Source: Dudresnaya verticillata
Lineage: Eukaryota
Assembly: GCA_977862235.1 (NCBI GenBank)
Contig: OZ374562.1
Span: 806,001 to 870,000, forward strand
Reading direction: 5' to 3'
Length of the DNA: 64,000 nucleotides
In this document: positions 62,806 through 64,000 of the stretch, one piece after another
How positions within the stretch are numbered: position 1 is the stretch's first letter
Layout of the letters: every line of letters begins with the position of its first letter
Program-made: the position numbers and the translations under genes
Notes under the pieces: model-generated
Told to the model about the DNA's origin: nothing
Databases searched by the model: none
Seen by the model: only the letters and a program-made list of their open reading frames with translations

Positions 62806-63707
62806 TGTGGTGCAAACGTCTGTAGACGATGGACCGCCGAGCAGTTCGGGGCTCGGTGGGTAGCTGCGCCCTCGGCGGTAGGTAGTCCCGCCGTGGGCGA
62901 CTTGGTGGTAGAGCAAAGGGGCACGCCTTGGGCGGACTGTAAACGCCCGAGGCGGAAAGGAAGGAAAAGGGAAAGAGAAGGGAAACACGTCAAGGACGAT
63001 GGTAGACGTGGAAGCACGGGAGGCAGACGCTTAGCCGTAGGCAGCGGTAGAATGCGCGCGTGCGGAACGGGGAAGTTGGACCAAGGCCGGCTTGCCCGGG
63101 CGTTTACTGTTACGTCTGGGACGGCTTACCTAAGTATAGTACGGCGATGCGGCGGCGGCGGTGCGTATGCGTAGCGCGGGAACTCGGGACACGTGTCGTC
63201 CCGAGGCGCGTCTGACAGATCACCGATTGCATGCAGCCGCGCGCCTGACAGGTTGCCGTGCAATCCCCTGTACGGGTGCTTACACACACACGTGGACGCG
63301 TGGGCCTTACAGCCGTGCGTGCGCGCGCACTGTAGAGCGTGCGCGTTGGATCTAATCCGATACTTGTCCGATCCCGATCCCATCCGGATCGGGCCAGCGA
63401 TGCGAATACCCGCAGCCTTACAGGCGCGGATCTTACAGCTTAGGCGATCCGGATAGCCAATCTGGATACCGGATCCTGATCCCATCTGGATCCGTATTAC
63501 AGTGTCCCGGGGCGCCACGTTGGGCCATCACCGTACAGTGCCCGCGTGGCGCGCGGCGCGCAGTGTGCGCGCGCGCCCTAGTGAGCCGTCGATGATGGGT
63601 TCGCGCGCCGACGGCAGTGGTGAGCGCCGGTGGCGGTTTCTCCGTCGGTCGACGTATTTGGTCTGCCCGCTTTCAGCGAAAAAGGGCTCACCTCCCCTTG
63701 CACCACA
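62806..63707 (-). repeat. 5' LTR of B
   Basis: Direct repeat of 50282-51184 with scattered substitutions and 1-nt indels. Confidence 0.96.
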
Positions 63708-64000
63708 CCCATGGCAGCGATACCACAACAAATCCGAAACGGTAGAGGTCCGCGCTTGAAAATAGCCATGCACCCATTGGCTTTGCCATACAAATTCTCT
63801 CCGATTCGGAACAACGCCAATGCGTTGATTCGCCTTGAAGGGTTGCGCCATGAAGGCCTTATACCTTCTTGCTTCCAAGACGGTTGGATACTTCTCGATG
63901 AAGTAGTCCGCCGTCATCGGGGGCTTAATCTTTGCCCTATACGCATCGGTTCTAGCCGGGCGCCTCGCGCGATGATCAAAGTGGTGCCCCGGCCAATAAC
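63708..64000 (-). CDS. Fragment of an unknown protein, possible remote homologue of the antisense ORF family, cut by the B LTR
   Basis: Open from the window edge: YWPGHHFD..MTADYFIEKYP..GVVPNRREFVWQSQW..SDLLWYRCHG. Confidence 0.45.

Larger units (their letters stand above)
50282..63707 (-). mobile_element. Full-length Ty3/Gypsy chromodomain LTR retrotransposon B (13.4 kb), inverted relative to A
   Basis: ~903-bp LTRs, PBS, gag, pol, antisense ORF, PPT; flanks ACCGC and CCCAT do not match. Confidence 0.95.

Noticed and set aside
63708..64000. Plus-strand open frame (PMAAIPQQ..) as continuation of LINE RT after DNHR
   Set aside because: No TSD and no downstream RT motifs (Q.GF, D..KAFD); the minus frame looks more protein-like

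Overview
Eukaryotic, almost entirely transposon-derived 64 kb window with no intact host gene that I can support. The repertoire suggests an alga, possibly a red alga, but this cannot be confirmed from the sequence. It is a nest of four chromodomain-bearing Ty3/Gypsy LTR retrotransposons that share a tRNA-Tyr-type primer binding site: E1 (<1-10292, -), C (12957-33185, -, RT/RNase H deleted), A (35683-49075, +) and B (50282-63707, -). Also present are a truncated PIF/Harbinger element (~11.2-12.96 kb), a ~13 kb long-TIR DNA transposon D (19234-32192, AAAG target duplication) inserted in gag of C, a solo LTR (21682-22455, CGGTC duplication) inside D, and a LINE (~33.4-50.28 kb) interrupted by A and B. 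D carries a Sola-like transposase pseudogene plus cargo. The most notable signal is a ~785-codon gene of unknown function lying antisense to gag-pol between pol and the 3' LTR in A and B. It has a Trp-rich conserved domain and a PKA-repeat tail, and apparent remote homologues occur at the same position in E1 and C and at the right edge of the window. Other highlights: A and B look like reverse-transcription recombinants sharing inactivating pol lesions, and an RVxF-type motif is conserved in the integrase-chromodomain linker.
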